Shown here in pieces: positions 1 through 13,885 of a DNA stretch of 64,000 nt (positions are counted from its first letter, which is position 1; each line of letters starts with the position of its first letter). The DNA comes from the human T2T-CHM13v2.0 reference genome, Homo sapiens. The notes under the pieces are model-generated. The model saw only the letters and a list, made by a program, of their open reading frames with translations, did not search any database and was not told the DNA's origin. The position numbers were made by a program, and so were the translations under genes. Location of the stretch: assembly GCF_009914755.1 (NCBI RefSeq), contig NC_060930.1; one strand, 5' to 3'.

Positions 1-345
1 ACTAGCTTTATACTGAGAAAGACATTCACTAATTAGCCCAACTGGAGATTCTGTGGGCTTCTCAAACCTTTTCTGTGAATATATCTTCTCTAAACTTGTG
101 CATATACATTTCCCATTAGAGAGGTTTTGTCAGGTTCTCTTGCTCTGACAAGTGAGTGTCACAAATTTCCGTACCGGTTTCAATGCAGTTGATTTCACCC
201 TCACTTGGGATGCATGAACCTCTTAACTGCTCTCTGGATTTCTAACAAAGATAATTTGTCTGTGTATTGTTATTGAATCAGTGTCTCCACTGGGGAAGGA
301 GGTAATGGAGCTTTCTATTTTGGCATCTTGCTGATGTCCTCCCTC
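1..345 (-). mobile_element. Old L1M (L1MB/L1M4-like) 5'-end fragment, cut by the window edge
   Basis: Ends in 'ctattttggcatcttgctgatgtcctcc', which resembles the reverse-complement 5' terminus of ancient L1M elements; highly diverged. Confidence 0.45.
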
Positions 346-1687
346 AAAGCATAATTAATTGTATAAATAAGAACAAATTTCTCTAAAGTATCAAATAGTT
401 ATTAGAACACACAGGTTACAAAAGGGTATTTTTGATAGAGCAAAGTTCCATCCTTCCTTTTCTACCTCTCTTTTCCAACTTACACTGTAGTTGAACTTGG
501 GGTTTGGATTGCAAAGCAAATTTCTAAGGAAAAGGGACCTTACAAGGAAATTTTAGAATAAGTCTTACTGATATTTTTAGAGCATCCAAAATAAGTCTCT
601 TGGGAAGTAAGTTTCTAAAATTTCATCACTCAGTCTTTTCTTCATCACTCAGTCTTGAAGTTGGAAAATCATATTTTTTAGTAGCCTTATACAAAAGTGT
701 CAGAACTTTATGTAATAAGTAGTTCAAATCACCTCAATTTTCCTACTGTTTTCAAATATCTTTGTCATGAAGTGATGAGTCTCAACTGCAAAATTTTTAT
801 TAGCTGTCAACTTTCCATTGACCAATGATTCATTTTCTCATGTAATAAATCACTTCCACTCCACTACACAGTAGGAAGCTTCGTGGTGTGTTTCCAGCAT
901 AATTAAAAATAGTTTGTTATTCTCAGCTTCTCCTTGACTATTTGAATAAAGATATTAGAGAACCATCAAAGTCTGCATACTCAACACAGGATTGTCACAC
1001 AGTTGGTCAGAGTGCCAAAAACCAAAGAGAAGGAAACCACAGTTGAAGAAAAAGCATTCTTCTGGCCAAAAGGAAAGATGAGTACAACTGCCTCATACAT
1101 TCTATTTCTCAAAAACTGGGTTCATATATGTAAAAATTCACACACACATCTATATACCCAAATATACCTACACACACATAGGTATCTATGGACAGCTGAT
1201 ACATATATATGTATACATGTATATATGTATAGGCATATGAATGTATATGAATAGCTTAATATTTATATTCTATACTGTTTGTACATATGCATATACACCA
1301 ATATTAAGCTATTCATAAATATGCTGTAAGCTTCTTTTTTAATTATTTTTCCTCTAGAATAGAATACATTACTATATTAGATTTTCATTGTTTTGGAGCT
1401 CTCATTTGCCACTTACATTTTCTAAAATAAGTTATATTATTTTATTACCAGGTACAGTGAGAGGGGCAGATAAAACAGAGTATAAATAAAATCTTAAGTC
1501 AAGAAAAGGTTGACAATAATTAATTTGAAAATATTATTTCCCAAATAGCTTTCTTTAGATTAAAAAAAAATCTAGTCTAGCAAGCCACATGTTATTGGTA
1601 GATATTTTGGTCTCTAGCTATAATGCTACTGATAAATTTTATCCTAATATTAATTTTAGAAACAATATAAGCAAATAAATTATTTTC

Positions 1688-4600
1688 TTTTTCTTCAAAT
1701 TTTCATTTCTTTACTTCAATATGTTTTTGGGGAGCAGGTGGTAATTGGTTATATGAATAAGTTCTTTAGTGGTGATTTCTGAGATTTTGGTGAACCCATC
1801 ACCTGAGCAGTGTACATTGTACTCAATGTGTAGTCTTTTATCCATTGCCACCCCTCACTTTTTTTCCCGAGTCCCCACAGTCCAATGTATCATTCTTATG
1901 CCTTTATAGTTTATGCCTCCTCATAGTTCAGCTCCCACATCTGAGTAAGAACATACAATGTTCTCCATTCACGTTCTTCATACGATGTTGGTTTTCTATT
2001 CCTGAGTTACTTCACTTAGAATAATAGTCTCCAATTCCATCCAGTTTTCTTTGAATGCCATTATTTCATTCCTTTTTATGAATGAGTAGTACTTCATAGT
2101 GTATATACCACATTTCCTTTATCCACTGGTCGATTTGATGGGCATTTGGGCTGGTTATATATTTTTGCAATTGCAAACTCTGCTGCTATAAATATGCATG
2201 TGCAAGTATCTTTTATGTATAATGACTTATTTTCCTCTGGGTAGATAGCTAGTAGTGGGAATGCTGGATCAAACGGTACATCTACTTTTAGTTCTTTGAG
2301 GATCCTCCACACTGTTTTCCATAGTGGTTGTACTAGTTGACATTCCCACCAACAGTGTAAAAGTGTTACCTTTTCATCATGTCCACACCAACATCTATTA
2401 CTTTTTGATTATGGCCATTCTTGCAGGAGTGAGGTGGTACAACATTGTGGTTTTAATTTTCATTTCCCTTATAGTTAGTGATGTTGAGCATTTTTCCCCA
2501 TACTTGTTGGCCATTTGTATATCTTCTTTTGAGAATTGTCTATTCATGTCCTTAGCCCACTTTTTGATAGGACAGTTTGTTTTTTCTCTTCCTGATTTGA
2601 GTTATTTGTAGATTCTGGATATTAGTCCTTTGTTGAATGTATACATTGTGAAGATTTTCTCCCACTCTGTGGGTAGTCTGTTAACTCTGCTGATTATTTC
2701 TCTTGTTGTGCAGAAGCTTTTTAATTTAATTAAGTCCCGTCTATTTATATTTGTTTTTGTTGTGTTTGCTTTTTTGTTCTGGGTCATGAAGTCTTGGTCA
2801 TGAAGTCTCTGCCAAAGCCAATATCTAGAATAGTTTTTCTGACATTGTCTTCTAGAATCTTTAGGTTTCAGATCTTGGATTTAAGCCTTTGATTCATCTT
2901 GAGTTGATTTTTGTGTAAGGTGAGAGATGAGGAACGAGTTTCATTCTTCTACATGTAGCTCCCCAATTATCCCAGCACCATTTGTTGAATAGATTGTCCT
3001 TTCTCCACTTTATGGTTTGTTTGCTTTGTCAAAGACAAGTTGGCTGTAAGTGTTTGGCTTTATTTCTGGGTTCTTTATTCTGTTTCATTGTACTATGTGC
3101 TTATTTTTATACCTTTACCATGCTGTTTTGGTGACTATGGCCTTATAATATTGTTTGAAGTCAGGTAATATGATGCCTCCAGACTTGTTCTTTTTGCTTA
3201 GTCTTGCTTTGGCTATGTGGGCTCTTTTTTGGTTCCATATGAATTTTAAGATTTTTTTCTAGTTCTGTGAAGAATGTTGATGGTATTTTGATGGGAATTA
3301 CATTGAATTTGTAGATTACTTTTGGCACTATGGTCATTTTCACAATATTGATTCTACCCATCCATGAGCTTGGGATGTGTTTCTATTTGTTTGTGTCTTC
3401 TATGATTTCTTTCAGCAGTGTTTTGTAGTTTTCCTTGTAGAAGTCTTTCACCTCCTTGGTTAGGTATATTCCTAAGTTTTTTTTTTTTTAATTCAGTTAT
3501 TGTGAAAGGGGTTGAGTTCTTGATTTAATCCTCAACTTGTTTGCTGTTGGTGTAGAACAGAGAGACTAATTTGTGTACATTAATTTTGTATCCTGAAACT
3601 TTTTCATTTACCAGTTCTAGGAGCTTTTGGATGAGTCTTTAGGGTTTTCTAGGTATACAATTTTACAATCAACAAACAATGACAGTTTGACTTCCTCTTT
3701 GCTGATTTGGATGCCATTTATTTCTTTCTCTCGTCTGATTGCTCTGGCTAGGACTTCCCATACTACGTTGAATAGAAGTGGTAAAAGTGGGCATCCTTGT
3801 CTTGTTCTACTTCTTAGGGGGAATGCTTTCAACTTTTCCCCATTCAGTATAATGTTGGCTGTGGATTTGTTGTAGACAGCTTTTATTACCTTAAGGTATG
3901 TCTCTTCTATGCTGATTTTGCTGAGGGTTTTAATCATAAAGGGATGCTGAATTTTTTCTGTGTCTATTGAGATGATCATGTGATTTTTGTTTTTAATTCT
4001 GTTTAAGTGGTGTATCACATTTATTGACTTACATATGTTAAACCATCCCTGCATCCCTGGTATATAACCCACTTGATCATGGTGGATTATCTTTTTGATA
4101 TGCTGTTGGATTCGGTTCTCTATGATTTTGTTGAGGACTTTTGCATCTATGTTCATCAGGGATACTGGTCTGTGATTTTATTTTTGTTATGTCCTTCCCT
4201 AGGTTTGCTATTAGGGTGATGCTGGCTTCACAGAATGATTTAGGGAGATTCTCTTTTCCTCTATCTTTTGTAATAGTGTCAATAAGATTGATATCAATTC
4301 TTCTTTGAATGTGTGATAGAATTCAGCTGTGAAGCCATCTGGTACTGGACTTTTTTTGTTGGCAATTTTTAAAAATTTTATTTCAATCTTGCTGCTTGTT
4401 ATTAGTCTGTTCAGAGATTCTATATCTTCCTGGTTTAATCTAGAAAGGTTGTATATTTCCAAGAATGTATCCATCTCTCTAGGTTTTCTAGTTTATGTGG
4501 ATAAAGGTGTTCATAGCAGCCTTGAATAATCTTTTGTATTTCTGTGGTATCCGTTGTAATATCTCCCATTTCATTTTTAATTGGGCTTACTTGGATCTTC

Positions 4601-7600
4601 TTACTTCTTTACTTGGTTAATCTTGCAAATGATCTATTTTATTTACCTTTGCAAAAAAACCAGCTTTTTGTTTCATTTTTCTTTTGTACTTTTTTGTTTG
4701 AATATCATTTAGTTCTGCTCTGATTTTGGTTATTTCTTTTGTTCTGCTGGGTTTGGGTTTGGGTTTGGATTGTTCTTTTTTCTCCAGTTCTGTGAGATGT
4801 GACCTTATATTGTCTATTTGTGCTTTTTCAGGCTTTTTGATATAGGCATTTAATGCTATGGACTTTCCTCTTATCACTGCTATTGCTGTATCCCAGACAT
4901 TTTGGTAGGTTGTATCACAATTATCATTCAGTTCGAAGAATTTTTTAATTTCCATCTTGATTTCACTGTTTGCCCAGTGAGCATTCAGGGGCAGGTTATT
5001 TAATTTCCATATATTTGCATGGTTTTGAGGGTTCCCTTTGGAAGTGATTTCCAATTTTATTCCTTTGTGTTCTGAGAGAGTACTTGATATAATTTCGATT
5101 TTCTTAAATTTACTGAGACTTGTTTTGTGGCCTATCATGTGGTCTATCTTGGAGAATGTTCCATGTGCTGATGAATAGAATGTATATTCTGCAGTTGTTG
5201 GGTAGAATGTTCTATAAATATCTGTTAAGTTCATTTGTTCTAGGGTATAGCTTAAGTCCATTGTTTCTTTCTTGACTTTCTGTCTTGATGACCTGTCTAG
5301 TGCTGTCAGTGGAGTATTAAAATTCCCCATGATTATTGTGTTGCTGTCTGTCTCATTTCTTAGGTCTAGAAGTAATTGTTTTATAAATTTGGGAGCTCTA
5401 GTGTTAGGTGCATATATATTTAGAATTGTGGTATTTTCCTGTTGGACTAGTTCTTTTATCATTATATAATGTCCGTTTTTGTCTTTTTAAACTGCTGTTG
5501 CTTTAAAGTTTGCTTTTTGTGATATAAGAATAGCTACTTCTGCTCACTTTTGGTGTCCATTTGCATGAAATATCTTTTTCTACCCCTTTACCTTAATTTA
5601 TGTGAGTCCTTATGTGTTAGGTGAGTCTCCTGAAGACAGCAGAAACTTGGTTGGTGAATGTGTATCCATTCTGCCATTCTGTATCTTTTAAATGGAGCAT
5701 TTAGGCCATTTACATTCAATGTTAGTATTGAGATATGAGGTATTATTTCATTCATTTTGCTATTTGTTGTCTGAATACCTTGTTGTTGGTTTTTCTTTGT
5801 GTTATTGTTTTATGGATCCTATAAAATTTACTCTTTATGGAGGTTCTATTTTGGTGTATTTTGAGGATTTGTTTCAAGATTTAGAGCTCCTTTTAGCAGT
5901 TCTTGTAGTGCTGGCTTGGTAGTGGCAAACTCTCACACCATTTGTTTGTCTGGAAAAGACTGTATCTTTCCTTCATTTATGAAGCTTAGTTTTGCTGGAT
6001 ACAAAATTCTTGACTAATAATTGTTTTGTTTAAGGAGGCTAAAAAATAGGACCCCAATCCCTTCTAGCTTGTAGGGTTTCTGCTGAGAAATCTGTTGTTA
6101 ATCTGATAGGTTTTTCTTTATAGGTCACCTGATGCTTTTGCCTCACAGCTCTAAAGATTCTTCCTTTCATCTAGACTTCAGATAACCTGATGACTATTTG
6201 CCTAGGCAATGATCTTTTTGCAATGAATTTTCCAGGTGTTCTTTGAGCTTCTTGCATTTGAATGTCTAGAATATTCTCCCAAATATGTTTTCCAAACTTT
6301 TAGATTTCTCTTCTTCCTTGGGAATACCAATTCTTCTTAGGTTTGGATGTTTAAGATGGTGCCCAACTTCTTGGAGGCTTTGTTCATTTTTAAAATTTAT
6401 TTTTTCTTTTTTCTTTTTTAATAAATTGGGTTAATTTGAAAGCCTTGTCTTGATGCTCTGAACTTCTTTCTTCTGCTTGTTTGATTCTTCTGCTGAGACT
6501 TTCTAGTGCATTTTGAATTTCTCTAAGTGTGTCCTTGATTTCCAGAAGCTGTGATTGTTCTTTATCTATTCTTTCTATTTCACTGAAGAGTTTTCCTTTC
6601 ATATCCTGTATCATGTTTTTGATTTATCTAAGTTGGACTTCACCTTTCTCTGGTGACTCCTTGATTAGCTTAATAATCAGCCTTCTGAATTCTTTTTCTG
6701 GCAATTCAGAGATTTTGTTTGGGTTTGGATCCATTGCTCGTAGCTGGTATGATCTTTTGTGAGTCCTAAAGAAGTTTGTTTTATCATATTATCAGAATTG
6801 TTTTTCTGGTTCCCCCTCATTTGGGTAGACTATGTCAGAGGGAAAATCTGAGACTCAGGGGCTGCTTTTCAGATTCTTTCGTCTCAAGGGTGTTCCCTTG
6901 ATGTGGTGTTCTCCCCCTTCCCCTAAGAATGAGGCTCCCTGAGACCAAACTGTAGTGATTGTTTTTGCTCCTCTGTGTCTAGCCACCCAGCAGAGCTACT
7001 GGGCTCCAGGCTGATACTAAGGAGTGTCTGCAAAAAGTACCGTGATATGGTCCGTCTTTAGGTCTTGCAGCTATGGACACCAGCACCTGCCCTGGTGGAG
7101 GTAGCAGGGGAGTGAAATTGACTCTATGAGGGTTTTTGGTTGTGTTTTTGTTTAGTGCACTGGTTTTGTGTTGGTTGGAAGTGCACCTCCAGCCAGGAGG
7201 GGATGCTTTCAAGAGCGCATCAGTTGTGGTCCTATAGGGAATATGCAAATTTGCCCTAGGGATACCTGGTTAAGTATTGGGGTTTCTCAGAAGGTAGGCA
7301 GGGCCATAGAGCTCCCAAAACATTATGACTATTGTCTGCAGCTACCATGGTGAATACAGAAAGACTACCAGGTTGGGGCAGGGATAGGTGTGTCTCAGCC
7401 CAGCCTCTCCTTGTGTGGGGCTTGTTGTGACTACTGTATGGGATGGGGGTGTGGTTCTCAGTCTAATGAAATTATATTCCCAGGGGGATTATAGCTGCCT
7501 CTGCTGCATCATATAGGTCACCAGGGAAATAGGGGAAAGCCGGCAGTCACAGGCCTCACCCTGCTCCCACACAGCCTGCAGTCCTAAAGGCTGGTCTCAC

Positions 7601-7907
7601 TCCCACCATATCCCCTCAGCAGCACTGAGAATATTTCCAGGCAGCTGGTGACAGGCAGAGAACATGTCCCAGACCACCAGCCTCCCTCCTGAGAAAGCAA
7701 TTCAACTCACAGTTTTTTTGGCATCTTGGAGAGCCTGCAGCAGTGATTCCGTTCCTTCAAAGGGTCTGTGGATTCTCTCGGCTTTCCTGCTATGTTCCTG
7801 TGATAGTTCTTGGAGCAAAAGTTCACTATGTGAGTCTCCACGCGCTGCTCTGTGCATCTGGGCAGGAACTGCAAGCTAGTCCTGCCTCCTATCCACCATC
7901 ATCCTCT
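1688..7907 (-). mobile_element. Full-length, degenerate LINE-1 of L1PB1 type
   Basis: L1PB-type 3' end ('tttggggagcaggtggtaattggttatatgaataagttctttagtggtgatttctgaga'). ORF2 pieces at 2094-2312, 2602-2787, 3161-3361, 3617-4156, 4211-4474 and 4617-5462; ORF1 coiled-coil piece at 6390-6614; 5'UTR to ~7907. 17-bp TSD gcaaataaat(t/a)attttc at 1671-1687 and 7908-7924. Confidence 0.93.
4617..5462 (-). pseudogene. L1 ORF2 endonuclease-domain remnant (281-aa open stretch), catalytically defective
   Basis: Motifs [15 protein letters not shown] (catalytic Asp of GDFN changed to Asn), SKIDH, SEH (normally SDH) and WKLNN. ORF2 is broken downstream and the RT FADD motif reads FVDC. Confidence 0.9.
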
Positions 7908-7989
7908 GCAAATAAATAATTTTCAACTGGCATTTATTATTAATCTGTTCCAGGCACTTAATACATGTACACATATTGTCTAGTCTCAA

Positions 7990-8070
7990 TGACCACATTA
8001 TAGAAGAAGATGTAAAGTAACTTGCCAAACATCCCACAGCCAGATAGTGGCAGAGCTAGAATTGATACTG
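7990..8070 (-). mobile_element. MIR fragment
   Basis: 'aagtaacttgccaaacatcccacagccagatagtggcagagctagaatt' resembles the MIR core in reverse. Confidence 0.5.
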
Positions 8071-8266
8071 AGCAGAGAAAAGAACCATGCTCAAAAATCT
8101 TTTATTATTCTTTCTTTATTCTTGGTGTTCAATGAGTAATAACACAGTCTATTTGCTCTATAATCTTAAACTAAAACACGATGTGATAGGAAAGGATAAA
8201 TTATAATAGTATCATCCTACTTCGTTTTATGGTAAAGCAAATCAGTCACCACAAGAGAGAAAATCA

Positions 8267-8267
<1 letters not shown>

Positions 8268-8304
<37 letters not shown>
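8268..8304. repeat. (CA)n microsatellite, ~18 units
   Basis: Perfect CA run seen directly. Confidence 0.98.
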
Positions 8305-8307
<3 letters not shown>

Positions 8308-9239
8308 AAAATTGTGAAATTATACAAAGTATCATTTTGTTGTCAATATGCCCCTCCAAAGACTGAGTTGATTGTACTACACCTTCTCAGAGCTCTATCT
8401 GGGAAAGGATAAGAAGGTTCACATACTTCTTTTTTTTTTTTTTCCTAAATGGCAAAAAGCCCAGACTTTTTTGTTACCATTCCATGGTAAACATTTGTCT
8501 CTCCAGTCACCCAGATTCATGATTCATTTGTTAGGGGCTTAGTGGGCACATTTTGGCTGTCAGCCTGCCATGTGCCCATGCCGGGCATTGAGTGAGTTCT
8601 GTATAGAAGAAGTCTCTCCTTTTTGACCATACAAGAGCATGTGGATGGGCTTTCTAACCAGATGCAGTTTAGCAATGAGATAGGTATGCAACACAGGAAA
8701 GGCCTAAGGAGGCACCTCGCTCACGAATTACCACGGGTGCCACACTCAGCACTGAGCAGTGTTGGCCATGGACTACATTACAGCACAGTAGCTGTACTGT
8801 TTTATCGTGCCTGTTTATGTGTTAGATAGCACAGAGATGTGACTTCTTAAGGAACCATCACTGTTTGAAACACATAAAGCAAGCCTAGAACTGCTATATT
8901 ATATGACAACTATGTGTTTGCTTTGTTTCATAATGATTCGTAATGGTCTTTTGAGCATTATGAATCAGGCTATACAGCCTCAGTTTTTACTTCATTTTAA
9001 AATGAGACTTCTATCAATACCAATTCTAAAAATGTCCATAAAACATCTGCACTGATGCCCCCTAACCTTGTTGGAGCTCAAGCTTTTGCCTTCAAGAAAT
9101 CATTGTACAGAACAACAACAGTATAAAACTTGAATAGCTGAGAATGTAAATGTAGAGGAAGTAAACAGGCAAAGGATAGTTAAAACCACATCTTTTCTTT
9201 CTGTTAGGTTGGTGCCTTCTCTAACACTTTCTATGTTTC

Positions 9240-9310
9240 TTATTTCATTCATTCTTTTAATGAATAATTATTGTGTGCCTTCTATGTGCAAGGCACTGTA
9301 GTAGGAACAA
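9240..9310 (-). mobile_element. L2 3'-end fragment
   Basis: 'ttcattcattc...attattgtgtgccttctatgtgcaaggcactgta' is the typical reversed L2 3' terminus. Confidence 0.55.
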
Positions 9311-9967
9311 AAATGGAGGAGATAATTTTGAGGCACAGAGTAGTTTGAGGGGTAGGCTGGTGCTGGGAAGTGTGCTAATAAGCCTAGTTTAAATTAGGAA
9401 ATGAACATAGTATACCCAAATAACAGCAATATTCAAGTGAGAGAGGAATAAATATAAAGAAGTAAAAAAATTCCCATGTATATTGCCTATGCCAAATTTT
9501 ATTCACAGCCAACCCTGTAGCCAGAAACAAGTAAATATTTGTTCTCTGCTTCCCTCCTTCCTGAACTCAGAGTTCTGTCTCAAGCATAATAAGCACAATT
9601 CAACTTAATTACACATTCAATAGGTTTCAGGTGGGGAGAGGCTATAATTTAAAATATTTTCTATCAGAAAATATATTTTAAAAGCCAAACCATTTACAAG
9701 CAAATTTTGAGAACTGTGTGCACCTACATGGAATCATGTTCTTTCCTTTTCGTAGGACTTAACTCGTCATATAACTATATTCGTAATTATGCAATGATAT
9801 AGAGCTTAGCTAACTATGTAAAGTTAGGCTGAATATGTAGCAAAATTTCATCTTCACAGTTAAAAGTTCAATATCTATTTATGGCCACTGTATTAGTCCA
9901 TTTTCATGCTGCTGATAAAGACAATACCCAACACTGGGAAGAAAAAGAGGTTAAATTGGACTTATAG

Positions 9968-10333
<366 letters not shown>

Positions 10334-11752
10334 AAAAGGCACTTCTTACGTGGTGGTGGCAAGAGAAAGTGAGGAAGATGCAAAAGCAGAAACCCTTGAT
10401 AAAACCATCAGATCTTGTGAGACTTATTCAGTACCATGAGAACAATATGAGGGAAACTACCCCCATAATTCAAATTATCTCCCATTGAGTCACTCCCACA
10501 ATGCATGGGAATTATGGGAGTACAATTCAAGATGAGATTTGGGTGAGTACACAGAGCAAAACCATATCATTCCACCCATGACCCCTCCAAATCTCATTTC
10601 CTCTCATTTCAAAACCAATTATGCATTCCCAACAGTCTCCCAAAGTCTTAACTCATTTCAGCATTAGCCCAAAACTCCACAGTCCAAAGTCTCATCTGAG
10701 ACAAGTCCAGTCCCTTCTGCCTATGAGCCTGTAAAATCAAAAGCAAGCTAGTTACTTCCTAGACACAATGAGAATACAGGTATTGGGTAAATACAGCCAT
10801 TCCAAATGGGAAAAATTGGGCAAAACAAAGTGGTTACAGGGACTATGCAAGTCTGAAATCCAGTGGGGCAGTCAAAATTTAAAGCTCCAAAATGATCTCC
10901 TTTGATTCCATGTCTCACATCCAGGTCACACTGATGCAAAAGGTAGGTTCCCAAAGTCTTGGGCAACTCCACCCCTGTGTCTTTGCAGGGCATACCTCCC
11001 TCCTGGCTGCTTTCACAGGCTGGTGTTGAGTGTCTGTAGCTTTCCCAGGTGCATGGTGCAAGCCGTCGGTAAATATACCATTCTGGGGTCTGGAGGACAA
11101 TGGCCATCTTCTCACAGCTCCACTAGGCAGTGCCTTAGTAGGAGCTCTGTGTGGGGGCTCCAAACCCACATTTCTCTACCACACTGCCCTAGCAGAGGTT
11201 CTCCATGAGGGCCCCACCCTGCAGCAAACTTTTGCCTGGGCATCCAGGCATTTCCATACATCTTCTGAAATCTAGGTGGAGGTTCCCAAACCTCAATTCT
11301 TGACTTCTGTGCACCTGCCAGCTCAACACCACGTGGAGGCTGCCAAGATTTGGGGCTTGCACCCTCTGAAGCCATAAGCCAAGCTGTACCTTGGCCCCTT
11401 TTAGCAGTGGCTGGAGCAGCTGGGATGTAGGGCACCAAGTCCCTAGGCTGCACACACAGCATGGGGACCCTAGGACTGGCCCACAAAACCATTTTTTCCT
11501 CCTAGCCTTCTGGGTCTGTGAAGGGAGGGGCTGCCATGAAGTCCTATGACATGCTCTGGAGACATTTTTCCCATTGTCTTGGGGATTAACATTGGGCTCC
11601 TTGTTACTTATGCAAATTTCTGCAGCCAACTTGAATTTCTCCTCAAAAAATGGGTTTTTCTTTTCTACTGCATCATCAGGCTGCAAATTTTCTGAACTTT
11701 TATGCTTTGTTTCCCTTTTAAAATGGAATGCTTTTAACAGCACCCAAGTCAC

Positions 11753-12045
11753 TTTTTTTTTTTTTTTTTTCAGACGAAGTCTTTGTCGTCCAGGCTAGAG
11801 TGCAGTTGTGTGATCTCAGCTCATTGTAACCTCCACCTCCTGATACAAGCAATTCTTCTGCCTCAGCCTCCTGAGTAGGTGGGACTACAGGTATATGCCA
11901 CCACGCCCAGCTAATTTTTGTATTTTTAGTAGAGATGGGTTTCACTATGTTGGCCAGGCTGGTCCCAAACTCCTGACTCAAGTGATCCACCCACCTCAGC
12001 CTCCCAAAGTGCTGGGATTACAGGCATGAGTCACCGTGACTGGCC
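11753..12045 (-). mobile_element. AluS (Sx/Sz-like) inserted in the THE1 internal region
   Basis: Full dimer with poly-T; TSD ccaagtcac at 11744-11752 and 12046-12054. Confidence 0.93.
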
Positions 12046-12842
12046 CCAAGTCACATCTTTAATGGTTTGTTGCTTAGAAATTTATTCTGCCAGATACCCT
12101 AAATTATCTCTCTCAAGTTCAAAGTTCCACAAATCTCTAGGACAGGGGCAAAATGCTGCCCATCTCTTGGCTAAAACATAGTAAGAGTCACCTTTGCTCC
12201 AGTTCCCAATAAATTCTTCATCTTCAACTGAGACCACCTCAGCCAGGACCTTATTATTCATATCACTATCAGGCTTTAGGTCAAAGCCATTCAACAAGTC
12301 ACAGGGAAGTTCCAAACTTTCCCACATTTTCCTCTCTTCTTCTGAGCCCTCCAAACTGTTCCAGCCTCTGCCTGTTACCCAGTTCCAAAGTCACTTCCAC
12401 ATGTTTGGGTATCTTTTCAGCAATACCCCACTCTACTGATACCAATTTACTGTATTAGTCCATTTTCATGCTGCTGATAAAGACATACCCAAGATTGGGA
12501 AGAAAAAGAGGTTTAATTGGACTTACAGTTTGACGTGGCTGGGGATAACTCAGAATCTTGGTGGCAGGTGAAAGGTACTTCTTATATGGTGGTAGCAAGA
12601 GAAAATGAGGAATATGCAAAAGGAGAAACCCCTGACAAAACAATCAGATCTCATGAGACTTATTCACTACCATGAGAACAGTATGAGGGAAACCGCCCCA
12701 TGATTCAAATTATCTTCCACTGGGTTCCTCCTACAACACTTGGGAATTATGGGAGTACAATTCAAAATGAGATTTGGGTGGGGACAAAGAGCCGAACCAT
12801 ATCACACACTATCTTTCTACCTATTATGGATTCAAAACTGTT

Positions 12843-12860
12843 TGTGTGTGTGTGTGTGTG
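12843..12860. repeat. (TG)n microsatellite
   Basis: Seen directly. Confidence 0.9.
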
Positions 12861-13734
12861 GATTTCTAGTATGAGACTTTTTATCCTAAACATTTACCAA
12901 TAATACATTAATTATAACTTAAAGTATTTTCTCCTTGAAGTTAAATTTGTGGTAGAATTCTTAAACTTTAAAAACTTAGAATTCATTCAATCCTTTTTTT
13001 GGGTGAAGTTTTTGAAGCAGTGAAAGAAAGGATTTTTTTTTCGATTCTGTACCAAGATCATTCCAACACTACATAATTACAGTCTTGTGAGTAATTTTAA
13101 ATGATTTTCTGAGAGATCAGCTTAGTTACTGAACAAAATTTAACAAAAAAATTAGTTAAATCTGCAGTTGCTATGCTTATGGTGCAGGTACATTCTTACA
13201 TTCTTTTTCTTCTCCAAAATTTTTCAGATCCAAACACCATATCAGAGTTAATTGCTTTTTAGGGCTTATATTTAGAGACATTTTAATAAAAGTCATGAGA
13301 CTTCATCCTGTGTTTTTATGGGACTTGAATCTAAAGAGATGAATCCGAGTGGTTGTTAAATCTGAATTAATATTGTTGACATTCCATTGGCAACACAACT
13401 GCTGATTTGGAATATCTGTTGTGACTTTAGTACACTTTAGTCATGAAGATTGAGTGCAAAATATTATAAGATTTCAAAAAAATTTTGAAAAGTTCATTTT
13501 GGGTCACAAATGTGGTTCCCACTTGTATTTCTCTAGTTACATTTTAACAGCAGAGTAAATGTCCAGCACGACTGACATTCTGGGAAAAAGAATTAACTAA
13601 GAGGTTTTTCAAGTTTTATGAATAGAAAAATCACAAGAGAATTCAGATAGCCCCAAAAAGCTGTTGACATATTATGGTAGAAATCCCTGCTCACTAAGGA
13701 GTACTTACAGAATAATCATTCAGAGAAAGGTGAA

Positions 13735-13885
13735 TTTTGGCTATGCCACTTCATAGCTCAGAACTTGTGATTTTATGCAAAATACTTCAACATTCTTGGC
13801 CTTGATGTCCACATATGTAAAATGAGAGAAATAATGGATACTATATAGAGTTATTATAAGGATGAAATGAGATCATGAAAAAAAG
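13735..13885 (+). mobile_element. MIR fragment
   Basis: 'cacatatgtaaaatgagagaaataat...agagttattataaggatgaaatgagat' matches the MIR core pattern. Confidence 0.65.

Noticed and set aside
1003-1254. 83-aa ORF with a His/Tyr-rich tail
   Set aside because: It runs through a CA/TA low-complexity tract.
4749-4768. (GGGTTT)3 as a telomeric repeat or G-quadruplex
   Set aside because: It is not TTAGGG and has only three G3 runs; it is a slippage expansion of an L1 ORF2 codon pair (KPKPKP).
4617-5462. 281-aa ORF as a domesticated endonuclease
   Set aside because: It lacks the N-terminal EN half and the catalytic GDFN motif reads GNFN; it is a chance open stretch in a decayed L1.
10748-12354. Cluster of overlapping ORFs as a novel operon-like unit
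   Set aside because: These are fragments of the known MaLR internal ORF plus Alu translation, broken by frameshifts.
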